From NCBI GenBank assembly GCA_016748015.1, contig JAAOMT010000254.1, positions 186,001 through 250,000 of the forward strand: a stretch of 64,000 bases of DNA. Reading direction: 5' to 3'. The DNA comes from Geosiphon pyriformis uo1 (lineage: Eukaryota; Fungi; Glomeromycota). Position 1 is the stretch's first letter; each line of letters opens with the position of its first letter. This document shows positions 1 through 13,414 of the stretch, in pieces. The notes beneath the pieces are model-generated. The model was not told the DNA's origin. It worked only from the letters and a program-made list of their open reading frames with translations, and ran no database searches. The position numbers and the translations under genes are program-made.

Positions 1-378
1 CAGCAATCCAAATATGGATTTGATGATTCAAATATTCGAAATCAGGAGGCTGTTGTTTAAAGGTTGCAGAATATAAGAGTTGATTGATACTGTTGTTTCT
101 TTCTTCAAAGTTGTTTTCAAAATAAGCTTGGTCAAAGTAATAGGTCGTATAAGCTGTGTAGGTTTCAGCTGAATGCTCATTCAGAAACCAGTTCCAAAAG
201 TCTTGGAATTGTCTACTAGATTGTTCTTCAAAGGGGAAACAGATCAAGCAAGAAGGTAGAGGATTAAGTTCAATGAAATTTAAATTGTTTCTGTTGTGTG
301 CTGCAAAGTGTTCTTCTGATTGCTATGGCAGATATGAGTAATCACTCATACAATGAGGGAATAAGTGAATTTTGACAA

Positions 379-395
379 CCTCACAGGGAGCACCA
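379..395 (-). promoter_or_regulatory. Primer-binding site TGGTGCTCCCTGTGAGG
   Basis: Starts with TGG (complement of tRNA CCA), 6 nt from the LTR end; same motif at 49649-49664 and 58237-58253. Resembles the complement of a tRNA-Ile(UAU)-type 3' end (inference). Confidence 0.8.
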
Positions 396-401
396 CTTTT
401 A

Positions 402-1139
402 TGTTATGGGTTGGAGTAACAAGCTAATGGATAGCAAGGGAGAACAGTATTGTATGGTGATGGAAATAAACAAAGAAGGAATTACAATAAAGGAGCAAAT
501 TAAATAAGTAGGAATTCAATGTACGTGATCAGTCTCATAAAAATCACAGTCACTAATCTTTTCTTAAATTTGAAGGTAGAGGAATAATCCGTGATTGTCA
601 ACAAGATAACACTGCTGTTATTATTCTATGCCTCAACTCGGCGATTCTTAGAATCAATAACAGGTATTGTTGTACTTTTCAATTGTTTCTTTATTCAATA
701 AATTACAAAAGCAAGCCAATTGCTTCTTAGGCTAATTCTAACAAATACAAATTAAGAAGGAGAAAAGATAAGGTATGTGAATGCCAACAAGTAGATACTT
801 GAAGGTAAGGAAAGGGGAATAAGCAATTATGAGAGGAAGTAATTGATATTGTTTATTTTATTACTTTGATCATGTCTTTCTACAGCTAAGGGAATCATCA
901 CTTATATAGCTATCTAAAGTGGTCAACAACCAGGTCAACAATCAGGTCAATGATCAGGTCAATGATCAGGTCAATGATCAGGTTATTGATTAGGTCAATA
1001 ATCAGGTCAATGATCAGGTCAACAGTCAGGTCATTGATCAGGTCAATGATCACTATCTAAAAATAAGGTGGCTAATTATATAACATTAGTGGCTAATACA
1101 TGTGATAACTAATAAAAACTATGGGTTTCAACCATAACA
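402..1139 (-). repeat. 5' LTR of A1 (738 bp)
   Basis: 8-bp terminal inverted repeat TGTTATGG/CCATAACA; homologous to 49671-50336 and 56903-57357. Confidence 0.9.
921..1052. repeat. 12-bp tandem array (GGTCAATGATCA, about 11 units) in family A LTR U3
   Basis: Directly visible; about 4 units at 50202-50250 and about 11 units (reverse complement) at 56990-57122. Confidence 0.9.
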
Positions 1140-1384
1140 GTGGTTTTTTTTGGTCTAATAACAGTATGTGTTCCACTGTTATTAGTTATGATGGTTTGTT
1201 TTCCAATGATTAGAGTAGCATTTGGATAGTTTTTAATCTAATACTCATGGAAAATATAGAAGGCATTTTAAATGTTTTGATCCAAAAATTAATTGTTTAT
1301 GTCAATTAAAGATATCTCTGTTTTGAAAATGATACATTTATTTATACTTAATTTTTGCTAATTATTTGAATTGGGATTACCACA

Positions 1385-2640
1385 ACAGGCAATCAATCAG
1401 ATTATTTATAATATTTCTTGAGTTGTGTACTATGAATAGGACAATCATTGAAGATTGTTCCAGATTGATCTTGAAGAATATAAGAACCATTGTTTAAAAC
1501 TTTGTTAACTATAAAGGGTTTTTTCTACTGGCTAGAAAATTTATCACCATGGACATTGTTTCTGTCTGAACAGTATTCCAATACCAAATTACCAATACTT
1601 AAAAAAAGTGTTTTATAGGTTTTCTTTTTCTTAAGCTTTTCTTGGAACTGTTTTATTTTTTTAAAAGCAATTATTTGTGCTTTTACCAAGAAGTTAAGAA
1701 TAGTACCAAGTCTTCTTTGCAAAATGTTTTTATAATTTCCTATTGTAATCTCTTCAAAAAGTATTGTCTTAATGTCAGTTTCTATTGGTAGTGTTGCTAT
1801 GCAGATAAAAAAATTCATAACTTGTTATGTTATGATTTACAGTTCTATAAGCAAACAAAGCTGAAAGCAGTACTTTGTCCTATAAGTTTGTTTTTTTACT
1901 GGTTTTAGCTAAGGTTTCACATAGTGTTCTATTGAAACGTTCTACTAAGCCATTTGTTTGAAGGTGATAAGAAGAAGAAAGTTTATGATGTATTCACATT
2001 TTTTTACAAAGTTCTTCAACCAGTGTACTAAAAAAAGTTCTTCCTCTATCAGATAAAAGTTTTTTGGTGCAGCCATGACAGCAGATGATATTTTCATAAA
2101 TAAAATTGGCTATTGAGACTGCTGTTTGGTCTGGGGTGGCTCTTGCTTTTATCCACTTTGTAAGATAGTTGGTAGCTGTAATAATATATTTATTGCTATT
2201 AGAAGTTATTATTAAAGGTCTAACAACATCTATACTAATTCTGTCAAATAGTTAATCAACAGAAATTGAATAGATATTTTTTTTGTGATTGGATTTGTAT
2301 CTTTTTTGGCAGGTGTCACAGGTTTTGATGTATTCAGCAATGTCTTTTCCCAAGGTAGGCCAATAATAGTGAGCTAAAGTTTTCTGAATTGTCTTTGTTT
2401 TTCCAAAGTGTCCAGCTAATAGGTCAGTGTACATGTTGTATATTATAATTTCTCTTTCTTCAAATCTGATAACTTTTTGGAAATAGTCAAGATTTTTTTT
2501 GTTTCTTTTATATAATTGGTTCTAGCAAATCAAATAAAAATTTGATTGTTTGTGCAAATGTTCTTTTTGCTGTTAAGTGTATTCTGGTGAATATTGTTCT
2601 TTACCCAAAAATTCTATTAAGGCAGAATAGTTGTCCAAGT
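1385..2640 (-). pseudogene. G integrase (HHCC, core, degenerate GPY/F-type tail), disrupted
   Basis: ORF fragments GHFGKTKT..YYWPTL..IKTCDTCQK and YHLQTNGLVERFNRTL. Confidence 0.9.
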
Positions 2641-2699
2641 CTATTATTGTGTTTGTTTATAAGAGTATTACTAATAATTAAGTTAGTTTGGTTGAGAAA

Positions 2700-4272
2700 T
2701 TGTACTATCACTGGATGGTAAGTTTAGAAAGAGTGTTGGTGTTTTGATAATTTGCTTCTTTGTGGTGTTGAATATCATAGTCGAATTCATCTAAGTAGAG
2801 TATTCAGTAAGTTATTTGTTTGTGTTCTAACTTTTTTTTATTGCACAGCCAAACCAAGGCTTGATAATCTGTCACTATTAGAAATTTCACACCAAGAAGA
2901 TATTGATCTCAGTAACTAGTTGTCCAAACTACTGCCAAACATTCTTGTTTAGTAACTGAATAGTTCTTTTCTGTTGGTATAAGAGATCTACTGGCATATG
3001 CTATAGCATGTTCTCTGCTATTTTCATCTTTCTGAAAAAAGACAGTACCAAGTTTATAGCCAGATGTATCAGTGTAGAGGATAAAAGATTGGTTCAGATC
3101 AGGTTGCTTAAGAATTGGTTCAATAACAAGTTTTTCCTTCAGAATTTCAAAAGCTTTTTGTTGATGAGTGCTCCAGTAGTAATTAACATTTTTTCTGAAT
3201 AGCTGATTAAGAAAAAAGGCGATTTTGAAGAAATCCTTGATAAATTTATAATAGTAAGAAGTCAAACCAAGGAAAAAGTGTAGTTCAGAAATATTCATTG
3301 GTTGTCTAATGTTCTGGACTTTTTCAACCTTAGCTAAATCAGAGAAGATTCTATCTTTTGTAATAAAATGACCAAAAAACTGGGTGGATTGACATCCAAA
3401 AAAAGATTTGATTAGGTTGATCTTAAGACCAGCATTTCTGAGCAAGTCAAAAATCTTTTGCAAATGTTCAAAGTGTTTATCCCAGGTTTTTAAGTAGACT
3501 ATTATGTCATTTGAGTAAACCAGAACAAAGTTTTTTTTTACTGATTCAAATACTTTGTTTATTAGGCATTGAAAAGTGGAAAAGACATTGGTAAGACCAA
3601 AAGGCATGACTGTAAATTCATAAATGCCATATTTGGTAATAAAAGCAGTTTTTTTTCTGCTTTCTGGATTTATCTCTACTTGCCAGAATCTAGCAGTTGA
3701 GTCAATGATTGAGAAGAAAGCAGCACTATTAAATTTATCTAACATTGTATCAATTTTGGGGAATGGATACATGTTTCTTATAGTAATGGCATTTTATTGG
3801 TGGTAATTGACACAAAAGCATAGGGTTCCACTTTTCTTGAATACCACTAAAACTGAAAAAGTCTATTCACTCTTGGTTTTTTGTATGAATCCAAGGTCTT
3901 TCATCTGGTTTATTTCTTTTTTGATGAACTCATCATTGTGTTAATTGAATTGATAAGGCTTCAAATGGATGGAACGAATTTCTTTGGTAGTGATAATGTG
4001 TTGTATTACATGAATTTGTCTAGTAGTATCATCTTTTTTTGAGATAACTGGGCTATTTCTAGTCAACAGATTTTCAATGTCCACTTTTCTTTCCTTAAAG
4101 GAAGGTTTTTTTTGTTCTACAACTAGTAATTGGATTTCAAGTGGTTTATTCTCAAAGGACTTCTGTACTTCTTTTAATTCTTCTCTGGATATCAAACTAA
4201 TTGGCTCCCAATCTTTGTAATAAATCAGACAGGACTTGTATTTGTTACTAGAGGAATACAAAGATTTATCAC
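2700..4272 (-). pseudogene. G reverse transcriptase and RNase H, disrupted
   Basis: ORF 2909-3772: YPFPKID, KTAFITKYGIYEFTVMPFGLTN, VYSND (decayed YLDD), LYTDTS, IAYASRSL..EKNYS..ECLAVVW. Confidence 0.95.
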
Positions 4273-5130
4273 TGTTATAGGTGATTATTTGGGGTCTCAA
4301 ATCAAATAACAAAACCCATAACTTGGTGCTCAGAAGCTATTTATGATAATAGTAATCTGAAGGTATTGTTATTTGAAGATTTTGGGTTGAGTCTTTTGTA
4401 TAATGAACAGAGATTTATTTGTTGTCTTTCCAGTAGCCTCCCAGAATTGCAATTCCATCAAATTTTTTTCTTAGCATAATGGCCAGTAATCTGGCAGAGA
4501 TGCCTTTCTGGTAAGCTGTCTTTAAATTTTCAATGTTATACCCTTCCTTTGGGGTCTTTTACCAGGCTACTCTTAACATCAATAATTCAGCATGTCTTCT
4601 TTAATCAATTAGTAAACAAAAGAAATAACAAAAGAAAAATGCAAATAAAATAAAATAAAAAAATAAGCCAAGGCAATAAATGTTAGTATCTTGTCAATAG
4701 TTGTGATCAAGAGCTATTGTTCCAAAGTAGTTAAGTATCAATTATTATCAACATGAAGTGTTGATAGTGAAGAGTAAATTGAGATAGTGAATAATTATTT
4801 ATTGATATTTGTGAATGGAAAATTGCTAGATCAAATCTACTCTGGAAGATCTGTCTTTTTTACTTCTAATGCTATCATTATATATACATAATTGAGATTT
4901 CTTAATTCCTTAATTTTTCACACCAGGAATTCTGAGATTCCTGGAATTCTGTAATTCTTTTGAGAAAAATCCTGGAATTCTGGAATCCTGCAATTCTTTG
5001 TACAAGAATCCTGAAATTCCTGGAATTCTGCAATTCCTTTGAAAGGAATCTTGGAATTCCATATTTACTACAGTTACTTTTGATTGATTAATTTATATGC
5101 TAATATACTTCTTATATTTTATGAGTAACA
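4273..5130 (-). repeat. 3' LTR of B
   Basis: TGTTA...TAACA ends; colinear with 13415-14271; purine tract adjacent on the minus strand. Confidence 0.93.
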
Positions 5131-5146
5131 TTATTCTCTCCTTTTT

Positions 5147-5710
5147 AATATTGAGCTTTGTTGAGATTTCCTAATTCTAATTCTCTATCTTTGAGTATTT
5201 CTTGAACTTCTTTTTTAAGAATTACTTGTGCTATCTTGTTTTGTATTTCTTCAAATTAAGCATTGGTTATTTTTCTCATTTGGTTAATGGTAATAGAATT
5301 TATTTCTGGATTGAGTAAGATTTCTGGTTGATCTTAAAATCCAGTATGTAGCCAATAAATGGCTCTTGCTTGTGTGGTCAAATTGTTCTTCTCCACAAAT
5401 TGTTCCAGTTTTTGCAGTATTGTTGTGTCAAATAATTGTTTTGTTTTATCTGTATACAAGTCCTGAATGTTCAAGTATTGTTTCAAATAAAAGTAACAAA
5501 AGTTTTTTGGAAATTGTTGTATTTACCAATTCCAAGTTTCTATATTCAACTCTTGATATTGGGTAACTTTTGGTTGTGTTTCTATTGCCAATTTCACTTT
5601 TGTGATTATTTTGTTTACAGTGTTTTCCATTTTTTTTCATATTTTATCTCATGGTCTTTTTCTGGTGTTTGTGTATCTGATAGTTTGTTGGTTGATTGTA
5701 ATTTCCATTT
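5147..5710 (-). pseudogene. B accessory 3' ORF (env position, unknown function), disrupted
   Basis: Manual translation ...ARAIYWLHTGF*DQPEILLNPEINSITINQMRKITNA*FEEIQNKIAQVIL aligns with the C and D 3' ORFs. Confidence 0.7.
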
Positions 5711-5829
5711 CTTGTTGTTGGATCAGTTGAAAAAGTTGTTGTGCTAGTGAATAGATGTTATTAGTAATTTCCATTTTTCTGCTGTCTTTTGTTGTATATA
5801 CTATGTCTTTATATATTCTTTTGGTTGTT

Positions 5830-7211
5830 TGATTTTATGTGTTTGGTTTAATGATTATAATTGGTTTTAGATCTTATGGAATCTTATCTGGTTTGACTAA
5901 TATTCTCTGTACTTCTAACTGTGGAATATTACTGGTAGATGATGATGTTATCTGGTAATATTGGTTTAGTTGATTATTATGTGCTGCTTTGGTTAAGACT
6001 TTGTTGTTCAATCTTAATTTATAAGTTCCATTTCCAAGAATTTTTTCTATGTGAAATAATCTGTCCCATTTGGGTTTAAATTTTTCACTCTATTGTTTTT
6101 CTGCTTTAGTACAATGTAAAAGTACTTTGTCTCTAATTTTGAATTTAACTGGTTTCTTTGATAGTTGATTATCATGTTTTTCTTTTTGTTTTTCTTGTAA
6201 CTTTTGGATGTTATCAGCTGCTCTTTGCTATGTGTCTTTTAGTGTTTTCATTAAGTCATATGTTCTTTTCAATAATGTTTTTTGAAAATTCTCTTCTGTT
6301 ATTGGTTCTGTTGGATATGTTTTGACTTTTATCTCAACTAGTAATGTTGTTGTTCTACTGTATACTAATTTGAATGGTGTTGCTTGTGTAATGTCTTGCT
6401 TTATTGTCCAATAAGCAAATAATACTGATGGTATAATCAAATCCTATTCATCCTGGTTTTCTTGGCTAATTTTGGCAATGGCTTCACACAATGTTCTATT
6501 AAACTTTTCAACTAACCCATTTGTTTGTGGATGGTATAGTGATAATAATGGTCTTTTTATCTCAAATCTTTGACTTAATTCCACCAATGTTTTATTCACA
6601 AAGTGAATTCCTTGATCTGATAATAGTTTTTTTGGACATTTATATCGACAAATCAAATCTTAATGAACAAATTTGACAACAAATTTTGCATCTGCTCTTT
6701 GAATGGCTTTTGCTTCTGGCCATTTTGTGAGATAATTCATGGTTATTACAATATATCTGTTGTCTCTGCTGGTGATTATTAATGGTCTGACTAAGTCAAT
6801 TCTAATACAATCAAATAGTTGTCTTACTTTGATTGGTCTCAATAGTTCACTGGATTTTGTTCCACCTTTTCTTTAACAAGCATCACAATTTTGAACATAT
6901 TGAATAATGTTTAGATACATTGATGGCCAATAGTATTTTTTTCTGGTTCTTTTTATGGTTGCTTCTTTATGAAAATGTCTTGCTGTTAGATCTGAGTGCA
7001 TGTTGAATAATATTGTCTTTTTCTCTGGTTTTCTGATTACTCTGGTTGGTTGATCTGGATTTCTTTTGTTCTTCTGGTAAAGTATATTTTGATGATTGAT
7101 AAAATGTTTTAATTGCTGTTTTATGTTGTTTTGTTTCTTTTGAGATAATTTTTCTTTAAACAATTGGGTATTTATATAATGTTGGAATTGTTGGTATTTT
7201 TGTATATTCAT
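5830..7211 (-). pseudogene. B integrase, disrupted; no chromodomain
   Basis: HFH..YYWPSM..CDAC; IDLVRPL; YLTKWPEA; SDQGIHF; YHPQTNGLVEKFNRTL; KWD..GNGTYKL tail. Confidence 0.93.
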
Positions 7212-7229
7212 TTTTTTGTTATATTTTTG

Positions 7230-8600
7230 GTTTAAAATGTTTTTAGATTTGTTTTATTTACAACAATTTGTCAGCATTTCCGTTTTTTTTTCTTTTTTTG
7301 TAATGTACTGTATAATTAAATGGTGAAAGTTCTATTTTTTATCTAGCATGGCAATCATATTCAAATTTTTGCTTCTGGATTGAAGTCAATCCTTTGTGAT
7401 CAGTATACACATTAAACTTTTGACTCAAGTATTTTTTTCATTTGATGACAGTCCAATAGATAGCTAAGTGTTCCAGTGCTGGAGTTCCATAGTTCTTTTT
7501 AGCTGGACTTAAGCTTTTACTGGCATAAGCTACTAGATGTTTTCTTTCATCTGGTTTTCTTTGCAATAGTACTGCTTCTAATGCTTAACCTGATGTATTA
7601 GTGATAATGATAAATGGTTTGTTGTGGTCTGAATAGATTAATACTGGGGCTTGAATAAGTTTTCTTTTTAGTGTGTCAAAGGCTTTTTGTTGGATTTCCA
7701 TCCACTTATATTTAGTGTTCTTTGTTTGAAGTTGGTGTAGTAGTTGAGCTATTTTAGAAAAGTCTTTAATAAAGCAGTAGTAGTATTCCACAAATTTCAA
7801 GAATGCTCTTAATTCTGTGAGATTATTTGGTACTGGAAAGTTCTTAACAATCTTAATCTTATCTGAATCCGTTTTAATACCATCTTTGTTTACAACATGT
7901 CTCAAAAACTTGAGTTCAGTTTTGCCAAAAAAGTATTTGTTTGTGTTTAATTTCAATTCTGCTTATCTGAGTCTTTTAAATACTTGTTGTAGATGATGCA
8001 GATGATCATCAAATGTTTTTGAGAACACATTGGTGTCATCCAAGTATATGACTACTGATTTCCATAGTAGTTTGGTATAAACAATTTTCATTAGCTGTTA
8101 AAGTATGGCAGAAGTATTTATTAAGCCAAATGGCATCACTTCAAATTCAAAGTTTCCTTCCTAAGTTGTAAAAGCTGTTTTTTTTTTATCTTCTGGTTTT
8201 ATGGTTACTTGCCAGTATCTACTGTTTAAGTTTAAAGTTAAGAATCATTTCTTTCTTCCAAAAACATCAAACAGTTCTTGGATTTTTGGAGTTGGGTAGC
8301 TATTTCCTTTTGTTACTCTATTTAGTTTTCAGTAATTTACACAAAAGCAGATTTTTTCATTTTTCTTATGAACTAGTACTACTGGTAATGACCATAGGCT
8401 TATTGATAACTGAATTAGCCTGTTGTCAAGCATCCAGTTAATTTCTTAATGAATGATCTTATGGTTAGCTAATAGTACTCTGTATGCTCTTTGTTTGATT
8501 GGCATTATATCTCTAGTCTTGATTTGATGCTAGATTATATCAGTTCTGCCAAATTTGTTTTCACTGGCAAAGATGTTATTGAAGTTGTTGAGTAATATCT
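7230..8600 (-). pseudogene. B reverse transcriptase and RNase H, disrupted
   Basis: FCVNY, MPFGL, YLDDT (about 8035-8050), ORF 7585-7956, VAYASKSLSPAKKNY. Confidence 0.93.
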
Positions 8601-9069
8601 TGAGTTGTATCTGTTGAAGTGGGTCTAAGTTTCCCAAGTTCATCTGTTTCAATTGTTCTAGTTGGAGCAAATAATTTTTTTTCATCCATATATGGTTTGA
8701 GATGTAATATCTACATATCCACACAGTTGTGAAAAGTTTGGAATAGTGTTTGACAATTAGTCTTCTAGTTCAGTGGTTAAGTATCCAATGATAGTTCCTT
8801 CTGGTATCTTGATAACATTTCTCATATTGTTGTAAATAGAAATTTTGATGTGACTGTGATTCTTGGCTGGTATGTGTAGATTAACTAATCCAATCTTTCC
8901 TGATTTACAAAGTGTTGTTTCTGCCTCAAAAATCTGAACTTGATCCTTTACTTTTCTCTCTATAATTACTATGTACTGGTCATATGATAGAATAAAAATT
9001 GATTGATAAATGAAGATAATTTCTTTCTTGTCAACAATTTTTTTTTCTGCCATATTGACTGGTACATTT

Positions 9070-9460
9070 ATTCTATCTGTTGATTTGAATCTCTGTATTT
9101 TTTTAGCTGTAATTCCCAATTTTTTTCTGTTTCTCACTAATACTAATTGAGCTATTTTCACCAGAGATAGGAATATTGCCTGTGCTATCTTTTTGTTTGG
9201 CTCTATGATATAGGCTTTTTCTGAGTCATTTTGTAGCATAGTAATGATATTTCCTATATATTTTGCATCAATTATTCCTTCTTTGATGTTGATTTCTTTT
9301 TTTGCTAAACTACTCCTAGATGCTAGTTGAACTATTGTTGTTGCTAAAATTTCTAATGCTATTTTGAAATCAATGCAGGTGCATGAATGTGATTCCAATT
9401 TAATAGCATCTTTTCCTAGATCCTTAGATTAAATCCTGCATCTGTATTATGCACTTGTTC
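9070..9460 (-). pseudogene. B dUTPase domain
   Basis: Motifs DAGFNL, SRSSLA, GIIDAKYIG, KIAQAIF and a decayed RGxxGFGST in ORFs 9416-9715 and 8757-9398. Confidence 0.88.
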
Positions 9461-10719
9461 TAGCATAATGTTTTTATTGTTATCACTGAACCATTTGAGT
9501 TTCTGTTTCTTGAATAGATTAGAAAGAGCAATGTATGTTTCGAGATTTAAATTAGAGTATGAATTATTGTTATTTTTATTGCCATTTTGAATAGAACTGG
9601 AACTATTATTCTTGTTGTCATCATTGTCAGAGTTTGAATTAGGGTTAAAAGTTGATTCTGATTCCGATGCACAGCTGCTGATTGGTTTTTTCTCTTCTGG
9701 GATTATGTAGATCATGCATAATAGTGGATTGTAAATAAGATCACATTTATTACAATACTAAAAGTCACATGGAATCAAACAGTGGTCACATAATTAGGTG
9801 TTTATCTCTTCCAAGCATTGTTTCTACTCCTCTCTTGTTGGTGCCAAATTCTGGTAATGCTTGTAAAATTCCTCTGGGCCTGTCTTAATATCCAAGAAGA
9901 CATCTGAATTGGAGATAAGAACAATGTTAACTGGTTCTAGAGGGTTGTTTTTTATCTCCAGAATCTTACTGGGTGAAGTGCCTTCTATTTTGGCATTGGC
10001 TATTTGCCAGATCTTGTCTTTATCATGTGAATAACTGTCCAAGTGAGAAATTGCTTGGTGCCAAGCAGTAGTAACAAGTGTTCTATGAATTATCCAGTTG
10101 CTAATGAAGATTGTATATTGACATGAAGCATTATATATTCCTCTTTGACCAGAAATATCATTTCATATTTCTTCATTGAGTAACTGTTTGTCACAAGTGA
10201 GACATGGCTCATTGTTTCACTTTCTTTGTTTCTTTGGGTAACCATAGCATTTTCTATGGCACAGCTTACAGTAGTAGTGGGTTTTTGTCCAATAGTCTTT
10301 GTCAGGTGTAATTCAAGCTCCCATGAAGAAAAGTTTTTTTCTACAGTCTTTGTATTTAAAGGATATATATGGTGGCTCTTTTATTGGTTCATGTGAATAT
10401 TTTTTTTCCCAGCCACTAGTTATTTCTTCTGTAGCAGTGATTTTTTTAGATATGTCTTCTTCTTTCTCTTTTCTTTTGTTATCTCAAGAAAATACTAATA
10501 GTAACTCATTGTGTTATGTGTTGGCCCAGGAAACTTGGTATGCTTCTCAGATAGGTTTTCTTTTTTCTTCTTCAAACTTAATGAGTGGTGTTGCTGGCAT
10601 GGTGCTAGGCTTGAAGTGGCCACATGTGACTGGTACACATGTGTGTTAACCATTCTGGCTAAGCTGGAGCTCTTGGGTGTTCCAATTAAGTGTTGCATTG
10701 GTTTTAAACAACCAGTTAT

Positions 10720-10990
10720 TGCCAATGAGTGCTTGATATTAAGTGGCTTTCATGACTAATACTTTAATTGATATGATAATGCTGTTGACTTTGATGGGTA
10801 GGTTATCTATCTTACCAATTGGAATTTTGGTGGTTCTATCAGCTGTAATTATTCTTGCACTGGCAGCTCGATCAACTCAGCAATCTAATTAATTTATGAG
10901 CTGTCTTGTGATAATGCTGCCAGCTGATCTATTATCTAGGATCAGTTTAATAGAATGGCCATCAATTTTGGCATCAGTGTACATTGCTGT
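10720..10990 (-). pseudogene. B aspartic protease
   Basis: MYTDAKIDGHSIKLILDNRSAGSII...LIGNNW; homologous to E LILDSGSAGSII. Confidence 0.85.
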
Positions 10991-11599
10991 GATGAGTTTT
11001 TCCTTGAGTGCAGCTCCACTGAACAAAGGAGTCTCTGATGGTTCTTCAATTTCGAAGAGGAATATAGCTGCAAGTGACTCATTTTCTATAATGGTGGCTG
11101 ATGGAATGTTGTTGGTGGTAAGTGGTTGTGATTGGTTGGTTTCTTGGTTGTTGAATGGGGTGTCTTCTGGGTTTACCAGAAGACTTAAATAGTTCTGAAA
11201 ATTTGGGTTTTGAGTGTACCTGGTTCCTAAACTCTACTGGCATAATTCCAATGACTGGTTTGAAGAGCTGGAAATCAGTTGGTGGACAACCATTGATGAT
11301 CTCCAGTTTTGGGTAACTCTTGATCTGGAATTCTCTGATGTTATTGGAGCTGAGTTTGATGATGGTATTGGAATTGGTTGCAATTAATATATTATTTAAG
11401 GCTGCAGCTGATAGATAGGTTGGGACTGCAGTTAATAGACTACAAATACTAGAAGCTAATAAATTGGTGTTTGATAAATTTGCTGCTGTGTCATAGATAG
11501 GTAATTTGGTTAATATAGTTCTGAGTTTGATTGATAACCTGGAATTTGAAACCAGCGATTGGGGTTTTGATATTGATTTTCCGATCATTGATTGTTTAT

Positions 11600-13352
11600 C
11601 TTTTTTTAACAGTCAAATTGCAAATGTTCTTGTTTATCACAATAGTGGCAAGCATGCATTTTTTGTGGCCACTGTTGATTGGTCAATGATGATGGACATG
11701 GTTGATTTTGGGAACAATTGGAGTTTTTTTGACTGTTGCATCATTGTGGAAGTTGATAAATTGTCTAATTGGTGTTAACTAAGTACTCTTTCAATTTCTG
11801 ATTAAGTGAGTTATTAAATTGCTTCAATTTAAAATCCAAGTCAGATGATCTGTTCATCACTAGATTTATGGCTTGGGCATGGTTGGCTTTGAGTTTAGCT
11901 GTTTCAAAATCTCTGGCATTGGTAACTGTGGCTTAAAAATTTACTGAATGCATTGGATGTATGCATTGGAGGATGCTACTGCACAGGCCTTTAATGAATT
12001 GATTTAAGATTTGTGGAACTGTGAAATAATCAGCCTGTATGGTCTGAATTTGGTGCAGATTTTTGTAAAAGCATTTCAAGTAAGTAGTGACTGCTTCATT
12101 TTCTCTTTGCTTAATGGTGGTAAAAGTGTTGACCAATTGGTTGATGCAATTATTATTGCTGAAATATTGTAAAAATGCAAGCTTAAATGCATTGAAATTC
12201 TGAGGTTTGTTGGCTAAGCTTTAATACTATAAATTGGTGGTATTTTGGAAAAAATAAGAAATGGTTTGCATGGCTCTAATATTATTCTATTTATTGGCTG
12301 TGATAGTTTTTTTAACTTTATTTAGCCACACTTGGGTGTTGTCCTCTTTGCCAGTGAATTTTTTGAGTTTTGTAATTAGTGCGTATGCCATTTGTTGTTG
12401 TTGTGGTGGTGGTTGAAGTTGTTGTTGCAGCTGTTGAAGTGGTTGTTGTGGTTGTTGAAGTGGTTGAAATGGTTATTAAATAGGTTGCTAAAGTGGCTAC
12501 TGTTGAATCAGTTTAATAATCAGTTCAATTAGTGGCTGATTGATGACTATTACTGGAAATAAGTTTTGCTGATTAATTGTTTCAAAGTTTGGATTGTTTT
12601 GAGTTTGCTGGGTTTGAATGTTTGGAGTTTTAACTTTCGGATTTTCTAGAATTGGGTTTTGGTAAGTAAATTTCTGATCTTTACTTTCTTCTTCTTCTGA
12701 TTCCGTTACTTCCCATAAGCTTACAGTTCCAAAATCTGGTTGAAGTGGCAGTGATCAAAATTCTGATAGTGTTGGTGATCACGATTTAAATTCTTCAAAA
12801 TATTTGCCATATGGTTCTAATAACTCTGCTCTTCTTTGTTTACTTTGGAATGGGAATCATCCAAAAGTTGATGTCACATTTGATGTAGATGTATCTGTTG
12901 AAGAGATATTGATGGCACTTCCTAATATATAATGGTATGATGGATTAGTTGGTGATTCAACTCTGGTTTTTTTTTCAAGTGGGTGGTTGTATCTTTTTGG
13001 ATGTTACTGCTAGTGTTTGCAATCTTCTTTTGCCTTTGTCTGCATAGATAATAGGAAATTATTGTTAAGTATACCTTTTAATAGTTTGATTGATTTCCTT
13101 AATGATTGGTATAAAACTGTAGTTTCTTGGTAAACTGGTATGTTAAAACAACTCTGTATAGAAATTTTCTCTTGCAGATTCAATGTTAACTGTTTTTTCT
13201 AAGCAGTTTGTGATTTTATTGTTAACGTAAAAATTAAAGACTGATTCTGCTGGAAAATAGTTATTGTTTAATCTTAACTGTTAACTGTACTGTTGAAACA
13301 AAGATTTGGCAAATCCTAAATGGTTTGCTCCTATGATTTCTAATTCTGCCAC
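11600..13352 (-). pseudogene. B gag (N-terminal extension, capsid, degenerate CCHC)
   Basis: Colinear with E gag 58297-60050; fragment NTFTTIKQRENEAVTTYL..QILNQFIKGL. Confidence 0.85.
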
Positions 13353-13414
13353 TTTTGGATAATAGTTGTTGATGCTGGTTTTCTGTAAGATTATATTTTA
13401 CAGAGAGCACCAAA

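Larger units (their letters stand above)
1..1139 (-). mobile_element. Ty3/Gypsy family A element A1 (5' LTR, PBS and start of gag leader; continues off the left edge), inserted in the 3' ORF of element G
   Basis: 1-550 is homologous to 49310-49810 (start of element G). LTR bounded by TGTTATGG...CCATAACA with a PBS next to it. The right flank resumes family-A 3' ORF sequence matching 54190-54235. Confidence 0.85.

Noticed and set aside
921-1052. CRISPR-like array or nuclear-receptor AGGTCA direct repeats
   Set aside because: Head-to-tail 12-mers with no unique spacers inside an LTR; no cas genes; fungi lack nuclear receptors.
11079-11588. Separate gene overlapping the gag-protease linker (also 60069-60296)
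   Set aside because: Alternative frame of a low-complexity Gln/Pro-rich linker; in E the gag-pol frame is continuous through it.
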